In this document: positions 40,405-48,560 of the stretch, one piece after another | Layout: every line of letters begins with the position of its first letter | How positions within the stretch are numbered: the first letter of the stretch is position 1 | Source: a virus | Virus record (IMG/VR): IMGVR_UViG_3300042868_006787 | Span: 18,054-82,053 of that record | Direction: 5' to 3' (one strand) | Length of the DNA: 64,000 nucleotides | Translations under genes and position numbers: made by a program | The notes under the pieces: generated by a model | What the model saw: only the letters and a program-made list of their open reading frames with translations | Databases searched by the model: none | What the model was told of the DNA's origin: nothing

Positions 40405-40968
40405 TTACAGTTTTTCAATCCAAACTTGATACCCTTTTTGTAAAATTTTAATTCTAAGTTCGTTGTTTTTTAAAAACCTATCAATACCATTTAAAGGTTT
40501 TAAGTCAACATTTCGACTTGGGTGCTCCCATCCGTAATCATCAAACGCAAGGATTCCTCCTGATTTTAAAAGCGGGAATGCTAAAATTGCATCATTGTAA
40601 ACACCTTCTGCTGAATGATCTCCATCTATATATATAAAGTCAAACTCTGCATCAGAAGAAGATAGGTATTCTTTGCTATCTTTTTTGATCTTTATAGAAT
40701 TCGGGAACTGGCTCATTTTTTCATCATACATTGACTCAATTTCATCCCAGTCAAATTCTGTGTGAATTTTTTCTTTTGAGCCTTTCCAAGTATCTATGTC
40801 TGTAAGGCTTGATGTTTTGTCTGTTAATATATTTTTTAACAGCCATTCAGAGCCATGACCAAGGTATACGCCAATTTGTAAAAAATTAACATTTGGAAGG
40901 TCTTTATACTTGTTTAAAAATTTTTCAAATATTTGAATGTTGCTAGAAAACCAGTTTGGGTATTTCAT
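40405..40968 (-). CDS. Class I SAM-dependent methyltransferase (Methyltransf_24-like)
   Basis: FLQIGVYLG...IDTW...FDFIYIDGDH...LLKSGGILAFDDY. Confidence 0.85.
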   Translation of the reverse strand: MKYPNWFSSNIQIFEKFLNKYKDLPNVNFLQIGVYLGHGSEWLLKNILTDKTSSLTDIDTWKGSKEKIHTEFDWDEIESMYDEKMSQFPNSIKIKKDSKEYLSSSDAEFDFIYIDGDHSAEGVYNDAILAFPLLKSGGILAFDDYGWEHPSRNVDLKPLNGIDRFLKNNELRIKILQKGYQVWIEKL

Positions 40969-41692
40969 GGTTTCTCCAATAGTCCAAGGTTTGTTCTTTT
41001 GATGTTGTGTGAATAGAGAACTTGCCAGTTTCTTCTGCGGTCTTATCAAACTCCAAATTAATTGAAGAGCCATAATCCATTGTGTAAGTAAAAAGTGGAA
41101 TAGATAAGGTTTTGCAACCTTCGTATATCAAAATATCTGCTAATGCTGCTCGTGAACTTGGCAAAACATATTTTCCATCAATAAAATATTTCTTTAATAA
41201 GGCTTCTGCCCTATTTCTTTTAATTAAATAGCATGCTGCAGACCAGTCTCTTTTTTCTTTCATATGTAAGGATGGATTGACCCTATAGTTATGAATAATG
41301 CAAAGTTGTAACATGTCGTATGGTTTTTTTATTGATTCTACAAAATTAGAAAATTCAAAATTCCAAAAATCTACAGTCTCTAAACTTAAATCGTCTTCAG
41401 TAATAATTGCATATTCAGAATCTGAAGTCTCTAGCCAATGTTTGATTGTTTCAAGATGCGAGATAGTTGCCCCTAATTCATTTTTTGCCAACTGAAGTTT
41501 ATCTTTTTCAAAAACAATTTTATCAAAATCAAAAGTGTCACCATCATAGGCTGTAATAATTTTATAATCTTTTATTTCATACTTTTCAAAATGATTTTTT
41601 ATATAGTCTAGCCTGTCTGTCTTAGACTCAAGATTAATCACATATATTGGGGAGAACCCCTTTAATTTATTTAAACCAGTATGTTCCAGCAT
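40943..41692 (-). CDS. Glycosyltransferase family 25-like
   Basis: IYVINL...DR...ELGATISHL...AIITEDD...ACYLI. Confidence 0.85.
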   Translation of the reverse strand: MLEHTGLNKLKGFSPIYVINLESKTDRLDYIKNHFEKYEIKDYKIITAYDGDTFDFDKIVFEKDKLQLAKNELGATISHLETIKHWLETSDSEYAIITEDDLSLETVDFWNFEFSNFVESIKKPYDMLQLCIIHNYRVNPSLHMKEKRDWSAACYLIKRNRAEALLKKYFIDGKYVLPSSRAALADILIYEGCKTLSIPLFTYTMDYGSSINLEFDKTAEETGKFSIHTTSKEQTLDYWRNHEIPKLVF

Positions 41693-42380
41693 GGGACACC
41701 CTCACGTATGGCGCAAGATAAATTTTTCCACCACTTTCTTTCCATAGTTTACAAAATTGATAATCTTCAGATAGCAGTCTTTCGCTTTCGTCATCAATTG
41801 TTGTTTGCCAAAAATCATATATTGGGTCTCCAAAAACAATGCTACCAATCTGTGGTTGATCGCACCTATATTGTTTAATGTCTTTTTTAATTGTTTCAAA
41901 AACATTCCTGGATATTAGCATTAAGCCAGTGCCCATGTAATCAACCTCTGCTATGGTATTTGGATTTTCTTTTAACATTTTTCTTTGTTCTTTGTTCATA
42001 TTTACATTAAATATTGCAGTGTGCTCATCTAAGTTTTCTTTACCATCTAGAACGGCCTTTTTAACTCTTGCCCAATTAATGGCCTTCATTGGTACTGCTG
42101 CGCCAATAAGGTCTACATTTTCATCTATCATTCTTACGACAGCCTGTGCGTCAAACCCTTGATCCGCATCTATAAATAAAAGATAATCGCTCATACTTCT
42201 TAAAAACATTTCTGTCAAAGTATTTCTTGCTCTAGTAATTAAAGATTCATTAGAAAGATCAATAAAATTAAGTTGGTGCCCTGAATTAGAAACTGCCTGA
42301 GCCAATTGTAAAACACTTTTCATAAAAGCACCACTACAGACACCACCATACATTGGTGTGGCTAACGTAATATGAGCCAT
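41667..42380 (-). CDS. GT-A fold glycosyltransferase-like protein
   Basis: ATPMYGG...NESLITRARN...LLFIDAD (DxD)...GTGLMLISR...LSEDYQFC. Confidence 0.8.
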   Translation of the reverse strand: MAHITLATPMYGGVCSGAFMKSVLQLAQAVSNSGHQLNFIDLSNESLITRARNTLTEMFLRSMSDYLLFIDADQGFDAQAVVRMIDENVDLIGAAVPMKAINWARVKKAVLDGKENLDEHTAIFNVNMNKEQRKMLKENPNTIAEVDYMGTGLMLISRNVFETIKKDIKQYRCDQPQIGSIVFGDPIYDFWQTTIDDESERLLSEDYQFCKLWKESGGKIYLAPYVRVSHAGTYWFK

Positions 42381-42391
42381 AATTCTCCTAT

Positions 42392-42616
42392 CTATAAAAT
42401 GTAGTTACTGTATCCAATTACTTGCAGTGGAATTGGAGGGGGGTTAGTAGAACTATACCCCTCAATCCCAATGTTAATAAACTTTATGCGAAACGGTAAA
42501 ACATCATTAATTTTTACAACTCTTGTTTCTGGAACAATCTTTGTAATTGAATAATTTTCTAAAGTTATACTTTTTGTTTTATTGGCGCCCTTGTTGGACA
42601 GGACTGCTTTTGCCAT
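42392..42616 (-). CDS. Hypothetical protein
   Basis: 74-aa ORF coupled to the upstream gene. Confidence 0.6.
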   Translation of the reverse strand: MAKAVLSNKGANKTKSITLENYSITKIVPETRVVKINDVLPFRIKFINIGIEGYSSTNPPPIPLQVIGYSNYIL

Positions 42617-43026
42617 TAATCTGTTACGTCTTCTAGGATAACCATACTACCCTGGGCAACTGTCCAGACCTGAAGATTACCAGCAGAAGAAAGTTGTATG
42701 TCGAAGATGTCTCCTGTTTGAAGAGATACTGATTCTGATGCCTCTAGAGAAACTGTAAATTCGCCATCGCCATCATCTGCATCATGAATTGGTGTTAATG
42801 CCATAATTGTAGTTGCATCATCTGTAATGACACCTTTATTTTGTGCAAGAGTTGGACGTTTAATTTTCATTGTAATTGTCCAATCTGGAATATTTAATGG
42901 CTCTTTGGCGTCATCGGTTACGTAAACACGAAACGCAGATGTGTCTCCACGAACTACTGTCCAAGTTACTGTTGGAGGTTTGTTCCCAACTTCATATTGA
43001 CCGCTACTGCTTCTTGTTGTTGCCAT
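42616..43026 (-). CDS. RGDT-motif (BppU N-terminal-like) virion protein
   Basis: WTVVRGDT...FDIQL...TVAQG; paralog of 48079-48441 and 49386-49772. Confidence 0.6.
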   Translation of the reverse strand: MATTRSSSGQYEVGNKPPTVTWTVVRGDTSAFRVYVTDDAKEPLNIPDWTITMKIKRPTLAQNKGVITDDATTIMALTPIHDADDGDGEFTVSLEASESVSLQTGDIFDIQLSSAGNLQVWTVAQGSMVILEDVTD

Positions 43027-43042
43027 GATTTAATTATAACAC

Positions 43043-43573
43043 TTAAAGTCCGTTTTTAACAGCACCCCAGGTGGCATTTCCTCCCTTAATTGGCGAAACT
43101 AATATTTTTCCACTTGTTGCATGTGAATATGAAACAACACCAATAACACCAGAGCCATTTGTTGGTCGGGCATTGACTAGCCCACCAGAAGCCCCTATAT
43201 ATAACTTATCTCCATTAGAATATGTAGAAGTATTAATGTCATCTAAAACTCCAACCGTTACTACAACACCTTCTTGTCCATCTAATATTTGAGCCTTGAC
43301 CAAACCAACACATGGGAATGTATTAATATCATCAGACTCACATTTATCGATAGTTGCTCTGCCACTAGAGTATCCAGTTATGTATACAGGAGTTCCTTTT
43401 ATTAATGTTGCCCCGCTTATATTTTTTACATCAAGAGATAAATAAGGGACTTGTAGGGCAGTTAATATATCATTTACCTTTTCTGCCATTTCTTGCATGT
43501 CAGAATGAACGTTTACAGGATCATCTGCTAACGGATATGGTATTAATTGCGGATTTGTTGAACCTGATGCCAT
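43043..43573 (-). CDS. Virion decoration/cement-like protein
   Basis: IPYP...DPVNVHSDM; KGTPVYI...GVV...G.L.DINTS.Y..GD.LY. Confidence 0.5.
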   Translation of the reverse strand: MASGSTNPQLIPYPLADDPVNVHSDMQEMAEKVNDILTALQVPYLSLDVKNISGATLIKGTPVYITGYSSGRATIDKCESDDINTFPCVGLVKAQILDGQEGVVVTVGVLDDINTSTYSNGDKLYIGASGGLVNARPTNGSGVIGVVSYSHATSGKILVSPIKGGNATWGAVKNGL

Positions 43574-43607
43574 AATTTTATTATTATACCACTAAAAGCA
43601 TTGGTAG

Positions 43608-43637
43608 TTGACAAAATTGATTTGGGGTTGATATAAT
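43608..43637 (+). promoter_or_regulatory. Sigma70/SigA-type promoter of the lysozyme-like gene
   Basis: TTGACA-N18-TATAAT with TG extension; GACACC-GAAA-GGTGTT hairpin and AGGAGG downstream. Confidence 0.75.
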
Positions 43638-43683
43638 TAAGGTATTGACACCGAAAGGTGTTATTTTACTTATAGGAGGATCT

Positions 43684-44214
43684 ATGAATAAAGAAGATTT
43701 TATTACTGGAATTGCCGGAAGTTTTATTGCTGCCGTAGTTGGTTTAACTGGGGCTAACGCAAATCTAGAAGAAATTGTACCTATAGAAACTGCAAATGAA
43801 AAAGTTGAGTCGGGGACTCCGTCCGCAATAAAAGCAAAATATTCTAACGTTACAACCCTGTCAGATAAAGAGTTAAAGGTTTTATTGAAAGCGGTTGGCT
43901 TTGACGGACAAGGTTTAAAAATGGCATGGGCAGTTGCTAAAAAAGAAAGCAATGGCAGGCCTCTGGCCTTTAACGGCAACAAGGACACTGGCGACCACTC
44001 GTTTGGAATATTTCAGATTAATATGAATGGAAGATTAATGGAGGATAGACTAGAAAAATTTAATCTTAACTCGGTCTCTGATCTTTTTAATCCAGTAACC
44101 AATGCAGAGATTGCTTTCTACATGACAAAAGGCGGAAAAGATTGGTCATCTTGGACTTATCTTGAGGGACAAAGAATTAAAGAATTTTTAACTAAATATC
44201 CGACAATTAATTAA
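43684..44214 (+). CDS. Secreted lysozyme-like/lytic transglycosylase
   Basis: Signal peptide-like N-terminus ending ANA; AVAKKES (catalytic Glu), DHSFGIFQIN, NAEIA...DWSSW. Confidence 0.8.
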   Translation: MNKEDFITGIAGSFIAAVVGLTGANANLEEIVPIETANEKVESGTPSAIKAKYSNVTTLSDKELKVLLKAVGFDGQGLKMAWAVAKKESNGRPLAFNGNKDTGDHSFGIFQINMNGRLMEDRLEKFNLNSVSDLFNPVTNAEIAFYMTKGGKDWSSWTYLEGQRIKEFLTKYPTIN

Positions 44215-44834
44215 AAATAGGCAATAGCCGTATATTTTGTTCCAGAAGTAACTCTAAGTTCTCTGTGTCTATAGTTTTTGTTTGCTGGATATATCAAAAC
44301 ATCTCCTGCAGATAAACTTATAATTTCGTTGCCAACTCTATTTTCAAATTGAAATTCACCACCAGCATAGTTGTCGTTTAATGCTATAACAATTGTATAA
44401 AAATGTTTTTGTCCATCTCTATCTAAATCATCGTGAAAATCAGAACTTTCAATTTGTTCGTAAATTGTAAAATTTTTTATTTTTTTTATTGACAGTTCGT
44501 ATTCTTTTATATAATCATACAGAAAGGGAAAGGCATAGTCAATTAATTCAGATTTTAAATTACTTTTTTTAATAGATTGCCCTAAATTGTTTGCCACTAA
44601 GTTAATTTCTGAAATTACTAAATTAGGAACCAATAAAAAATTATCTTCGCTTGGCAAGTTAATAACTTTTTGATTGACAATATGATCAGTATCTCTAATA
44701 TTTTTTAAAGAAGAAATGCTCCATACATTTTTTGTTGATGGCTCATTGTTTACTGTCTGTAACAATTCTATAAAATTTTTATTTTTATTCTCAGAATAAA
44801 GGATAACAAAGTTATCTAAAAAAGTTTTATTCAT
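44211..44834 (-). CDS. 2OG-Fe(II) oxygenase (prolyl 4-hydroxylase-like)
   Basis: FHDD (HxD)...LNDNYAGGEF...GDVLIYP...YRH...VTSGTKY. Confidence 0.8.
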   Translation of the reverse strand: MNKTFLDNFVILYSENKNKNFIELLQTVNNEPSTKNVWSISSLKNIRDTDHIVNQKVINLPSEDNFLLVPNLVISEINLVANNLGQSIKKSNLKSELIDYAFPFLYDYIKEYELSIKKIKNFTIYEQIESSDFHDDLDRDGQKHFYTIVIALNDNYAGGEFQFENRVGNEIISLSAGDVLIYPANKNYRHRELRVTSGTKYTAIAYF

Positions 44835-44836
44835 AA

Positions 44837-45448
44837 TTAATTTTCTTCCATTATTAAATGACTAAGACATATAAAGTTTTCGGTTAAAAAAAAGTAATTA
44901 TCTAAAAGTACTAAAGAAACTGAAATTTGGTTAGAAATTTTTGATTCAAAATCTTCAATTTTTGTTTTTAAAAATGGTTGATCTGGGTTAACAAAAATAT
45001 TGTCATCTAAAGTTTCTACATTTAGATTAAAAGGCTTAGAATCTAAAGATTGAATAAAATAGTTTTCTTCATTTTCACTAGATATCATTTTACCAATAAT
45101 ACTATCTGCATTTTTTAAATACATGTGATCTACCTCTAAATCTTTCTGTATTAATATTGGATCTATTCCTGACAATATATTGTTGTTTAAACTTTTAAAA
45201 TTTCCAAAATTTTTATGAACAAAAACAGAATATACTGTTGCAGAACACAAAACAGTATCTCCTGTTTGAATAAAAAATCCTTCTCTTTTGTTATTTAATT
45301 TTATGTATCGATGATAAAATTCTGAATGAGTTAAAATTTCTGAATCTTTTGTTTTAATAGATAAAATTTTATCACCAAACTGTAAATCTTCAATGTTTTT
45401 TAAAGTTTTATCCTCAAGATATACTTTTGTTCCAATTGGGAATCCCAT
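44837..45448 (-). CDS. Stand-alone Hint-like domain lacking the catalytic Cys1 and terminal HN
   Basis: MGFPIGTKVYLEDKTLKNIEDLQFGDKILS matches Hint block A/N1 with Gly in place of Cys; C-terminal NYFFLTENF. Confidence 0.6.
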   Translation of the reverse strand: MGFPIGTKVYLEDKTLKNIEDLQFGDKILSIKTKDSEILTHSEFYHRYIKLNNKREGFFIQTGDTVLCSATVYSVFVHKNFGNFKSLNNNILSGIDPILIQKDLEVDHMYLKNADSIIGKMISSENEENYFIQSLDSKPFNLNVETLDDNIFVNPDQPFLKTKIEDFESKISNQISVSLVLLDNYFFLTENFICLSHLIMEEN

Positions 45449-45453
45449 AAGGC

Positions 45454-46398
45454 CTACTTATTATGCACTAAATAATTACCCGCAATAAACCAATCTGCTG
45501 GCTCACAACTAAATTGATAAACAGTTGTGTCTTTTATTAATGGAGTTATAGTTTCAATTAAAACTTCTGTAAAACTTCCATCTTCATTTACTTGTATCAA
45601 ATAATCTCCGACCTGTAGAGCCCCTGTTGGAACTACTTGATAAAAGTCATTTGATTTTGTAAACATTGGCTGACTAATTGAAAATAATTTTTCTAAATCA
45701 TCATTAAAATATATTACTTCGTTTTTTGCAAAAGGCTCTATAGCAACAATGCGTGTGGTTGTTTTGTTTAATGGTGTAAGAGTTTTTGAAATCATTCCTA
45801 CATAATCAAAATCATATTGCCCTGTAATATCGCTTTGTGGAATTTCTAATAAATTAACGCTGTCAATTTCATCATCAACTTTTAGGTCTTTGGCTGCAAT
45901 TGGGCCATTAGGTGTGCTAATTAAAGTGTTTTCATCTATGCAGTTTGGTGGCGTAAAACTAAAAGGCCCAGGATTTGGTGCAAAAGAAAAAACTGGAGTA
46001 AAGCCAAATGGGGTAAAACCAAATGGGGTAAAACCAAAAGAAACAACTGGGGTGAAACCAAAAGGAGTAAAACCAAAAGAAACAACTGGGGTAAAACCAA
46101 AAGCAACAACTGGGGTGAAACCAAAAGGAGTAAAACCAAATGCTCCGAATGGAGTAAAACTAAAAGTATAATTTACTAAATTTACATTAGTACCAACAGC
46201 CTGAACTTCTCCTGCCACAATGCTTTGAGATTTAATTGTGTTATTTAGCCCAGCATCTCCTGTGTTTTCGTTTGTTGTGTTATAAACAAAGCCAGCGTTA
46301 GTTAAATTTGTTTCTGCAGTAGTTTTTGCAACTCCAACTACGTTTGGTATTGAGTTTTTTCGTGATCCTTTATTTCCACGTCCGATATTTTTTGCCAT
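45454..46398 (-). CDS. PASTA-like + F(G/S)FTP repeat + C-terminal Hint-domain protein
   Basis: IPNVVG...AETNLTNAGF...IKSQS..AG...GTNVNL (PASTA-like); eleven FxFxP units; Hint CIDENTLIST...DLKVDD...VYQF...FIAGNYLVHNK. Confidence 0.85.
   Translation of the reverse strand: MAKNIGRGNKGSRKNSIPNVVGVAKTTAETNLTNAGFVYNTTNENTGDAGLNNTIKSQSIVAGEVQAVGTNVNLVNYTFSFTPFGAFGFTPFGFTPVVAFGFTPVVSFGFTPFGFTPVVSFGFTPFGFTPFGFTPVFSFAPNPGPFSFTPPNCIDENTLISTPNGPIAAKDLKVDDEIDSVNLLEIPQSDITGQYDFDYVGMISKTLTPLNKTTTRIVAIEPFAKNEVIYFNDDLEKLFSISQPMFTKSNDFYQVVPTGALQVGDYLIQVNEDGSFTEVLIETITPLIKDTTVYQFSCEPADWFIAGNYLVHNK
45946..46166 (-). repeat. Coding tandem repeat (FGFTP with VVS/VVA/FGA spacers)
   Basis: Repeated GG(G/A)GT(A/G)AAACCAAA on the plus strand. 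Confidence 0.95.
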
Positions 46399-47018
46399 TA
46401 TGCAACCAAATCTCCCATAGCAACCCAAGTATTTGCTGCACGTTTTACTAGAGTTACGCTAGACCACTGTGCTCTAATTTTTAGACCTGGGGTAGCATTT
46501 ACTGTAACTCCCGATGCTCCTGCAAGTGTAACTTGAGAAGAAGAAGTTTGTAAAATATCAATAGCAGTTCCAATTGGAAAGTCAACACTAGAGTCAAGTG
46601 GGACCGTTAATGTTCCTCCAGCAGACATTTCTATCATTTTAAAAGAATCTGAAATAACAAGAGTGTAAGAAGATGATTGTTGATTAAATGTGTATAAAGG
46701 ATCTACGATTGATAACCAATTTGTTCCATCATAAACCTGTAAATCATTTATAACACTTCCGCCAGCATTTTGTTTTAAAAATATAATAGTTCCGTAAATT
46801 GGTGTTGGAATTGCTGCTAATGCTGCTGCTGGGTTTAAGAATATATTAACATTTTTTGCAATTACGGTAGAGTTTAAAGATACAGTTGAATCAAATGTTT
46901 GCCCTGCAGTCCAAGTGTATGCTGCTGCAGTGTTTACTTTACCTGCAAGTTCATACCACTGGTCGGTGGCTTCATCATAAACATATCCTGGCCTTGGTGT
47001 TGAATTAAATGTTGCCAT
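46398..47018 (-). CDS. Short fibre-like protein with the same C-terminal domain as 36172-37911
   Basis: SYTLV.SD...IE...TLTVPL.SSV.FP.GT..DILQT...VT.AG..GVTVNATPGLK.R..WSS.TL.KRA.N.WV..GDL.A. Confidence 0.75.
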   Translation of the reverse strand: MATFNSTPRPGYVYDEATDQWYELAGKVNTAAAYTWTAGQTFDSTVSLNSTVIAKNVNIFLNPAAALAAIPTPIYGTIIFLKQNAGGSVINDLQVYDGTNWLSIVDPLYTFNQQSSSYTLVISDSFKMIEMSAGGTLTVPLDSSVDFPIGTAIDILQTSSSQVTLAGASGVTVNATPGLKIRAQWSSVTLVKRAANTWVAMGDLVA

Positions 47019-47461
47019 TAGATCACCTGAATAAAAGCGGTAGTGTTAGAATCATAAACATACATCTCTAACGGGGATGTTCCTTTTTTTACCCACAATA
47101 AACCATCAACAAGTCCGGATGCTGGGGTTGTGTTTTGATAAACTGATGTTGCTGATAAAGGACTTCCTGTTACAGAGGTTGCAGTGTTTACCCACAAAAA
47201 TCCATCTACTGGAGAGGTTGGCTCTGTGTTTTGGACTTCTGCAGCAGCAGCGGGATTGTTTAAATTATCTGCAATTTGTTCTTGTAAGTCATTAATTGTA
47301 TATGCTAATGATGGATTTAATAGTTGAGCAGTATCTGTATTGTTAACATCGTAAGTTGTTGATCCGTAATGATATAGTCTTAGTGCTGCTTGTATGTCAG
47401 CAGCATCGTCATACCCAGGAATTTTGCTTGGGTACAAATTTCCAATATTTTCAGAAGCCAT
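47018..47461 (-). CDS. Virion-associated protein
   Basis: IPGYDDAADIQAALRLYHYG; P....DG.LWV repeated twice. Confidence 0.6.
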   Translation of the reverse strand: MASENIGNLYPSKIPGYDDAADIQAALRLYHYGSTTYDVNNTDTAQLLNPSLAYTINDLQEQIADNLNNPAAAAEVQNTEPTSPVDGFLWVNTATSVTGSPLSATSVYQNTTPASGLVDGLLWVKKGTSPLEMYVYDSNTTAFIQVI

Positions 47462-47485
47462 AGTTCACCGCCTTCATTTATTATA

Positions 47486-48079
47486 TCACGATTCCTCTGA
47501 AATTGGCTCTAAAATAACTGTAATTAAAGTGTGTACCGTAACTGGGGCTGATAGGTTTTGCCAAGTTCCAGAAGTTAGTTCGGCTGCTTTAAGAGTTATT
47601 ACTAAGTTTTCATTGCTAGAGCCAGTTATCGCAACAGAAGATATTGAGGCTGCAACAGGGTTAGAGTGTCCTACTGAAAACTTAATTGAAAAATTTTCTT
47701 CTGTTAATGGAGTTCCAGTTATTTGAACAATATTTGCAATTGGAATTGTTATGTTTGCGCTGCCGGATGTCCAGTTAGAGACAAGATGATTTGCTGAATA
47801 AATAGTTGGGTTAACTTTTAAAATTGGGACCCAAGTATTAGTTCCAAGACTAGAGATGTATTGATATAGATATGAGTATTCGTTTCCTGGAGCATTATTA
47901 ATATATAAATCGTTTAAAATTGGAGTTTGGCCTATTGTAATTGCATTTGGATTCCCAGTTCCTACAAACACCTGACTGCCACGATTTCCAGTGGCGCCAA
48001 TGTCTAATTGAACTTTAACTTCTGCTGGAGGTCCTAAAACTGTAATGTCGTCAGTATTAACTAAAACTTCTACTGACAT
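47486..48079 (-). CDS. Virion-associated protein
   Basis: GATGNRGS..F.G.G.P...DLYIN fibre-type motif. Confidence 0.55.
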   Translation of the reverse strand: MSVEVLVNTDDITVLGPPAEVKVQLDIGATGNRGSQVFVGTGNPNAITIGQTPILNDLYINNAPGNEYSYLYQYISSLGTNTWVPILKVNPTIYSANHLVSNWTSGSANITIPIANIVQITGTPLTEENFSIKFSVGHSNPVAASISSVAITGSSNENLVITLKAAELTSGTWQNLSAPVTVHTLITVILEPISEES

Positions 48080-48441
48080 TAAATTGCTCCAGTAACGTCA
48101 TCGGTTATTGTAATGTTTCCAGTAAGCAATGTAATGATATTCGTAGAACTAGAATTTATCTGGATATCATACACGTAGGTTCCTGCAGCAAGAGTTCTTC
48201 CAACTGCTGGCAAGATAGTGCAAACAACAGTATCGTTAGTTGTATTAATTACCGCCTGTGCAGAGGTTTTTGTTCCTGCAACTCCTCGAGCCGTAGCAAT
48301 TGTATAAATTGCACTGTTTACTCCTGCTGGAGCATAACTATCTAATGCAAAAACTGTTCCATCAGAATTTTTTGGAGAAAGAACAAATTGGTGTGTGTCT
48401 CCACGGTAGTAGTTAAAGTTATATGTTCCTGGAAATGCCAT
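48079..48441 (-). CDS. RGDT-motif (BppU N-terminal-like) virion protein
   Basis: YNFNYYRGDT...GTYVYDIQI...TLLTGNITITDDVT. Confidence 0.6.
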   Translation of the reverse strand: MAFPGTYNFNYYRGDTHQFVLSPKNSDGTVFALDSYAPAGVNSAIYTIATARGVAGTKTSAQAVINTTNDTVVCTILPAVGRTLAAGTYVYDIQINSSSTNIITLLTGNITITDDVTGAI

Positions 48442-48464
48442 TTTTTGTCTCCTTGTGCTTTAAT

Positions 48465-48535
48465 CTTTGAGTGAAGGAATCGGACCTTCATTGTCAGGTT
48501 CGGAACCTGGGGTCCGACCATTAGACGAACTCAAA
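48465..48535 (-). tRNA. Atypical tRNA with anticodon CCG (Arg), no encoded CCA
   Basis: Cloverleaf TTTGAGT/ACTCAAA, GTCT/GGAC, CCAGG-TTCCGAA-CCTGA, GAAGG-TCCGATT-CCTTC; TGGTATAAT promoter just upstream. Confidence 0.7.
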
Positions 48536-48560
48536 TTTTTAAAGCGTTATCATTATACCA

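Noticed and set aside
43584-43988. 134-aa minus-strand ORF
   Set aside because: Antisense to the lysozyme-like gene, which has a promoter, SD and catalytic motifs.
35345-46166. The two short tandem DNA repeat tracts as CRISPR arrays or DGR template/variable repeats
   Set aside because: No unique spacers; units are in-frame multiples of 3 inside ORFs; no cas or reverse transcriptase gene and no adenine-specific variation.
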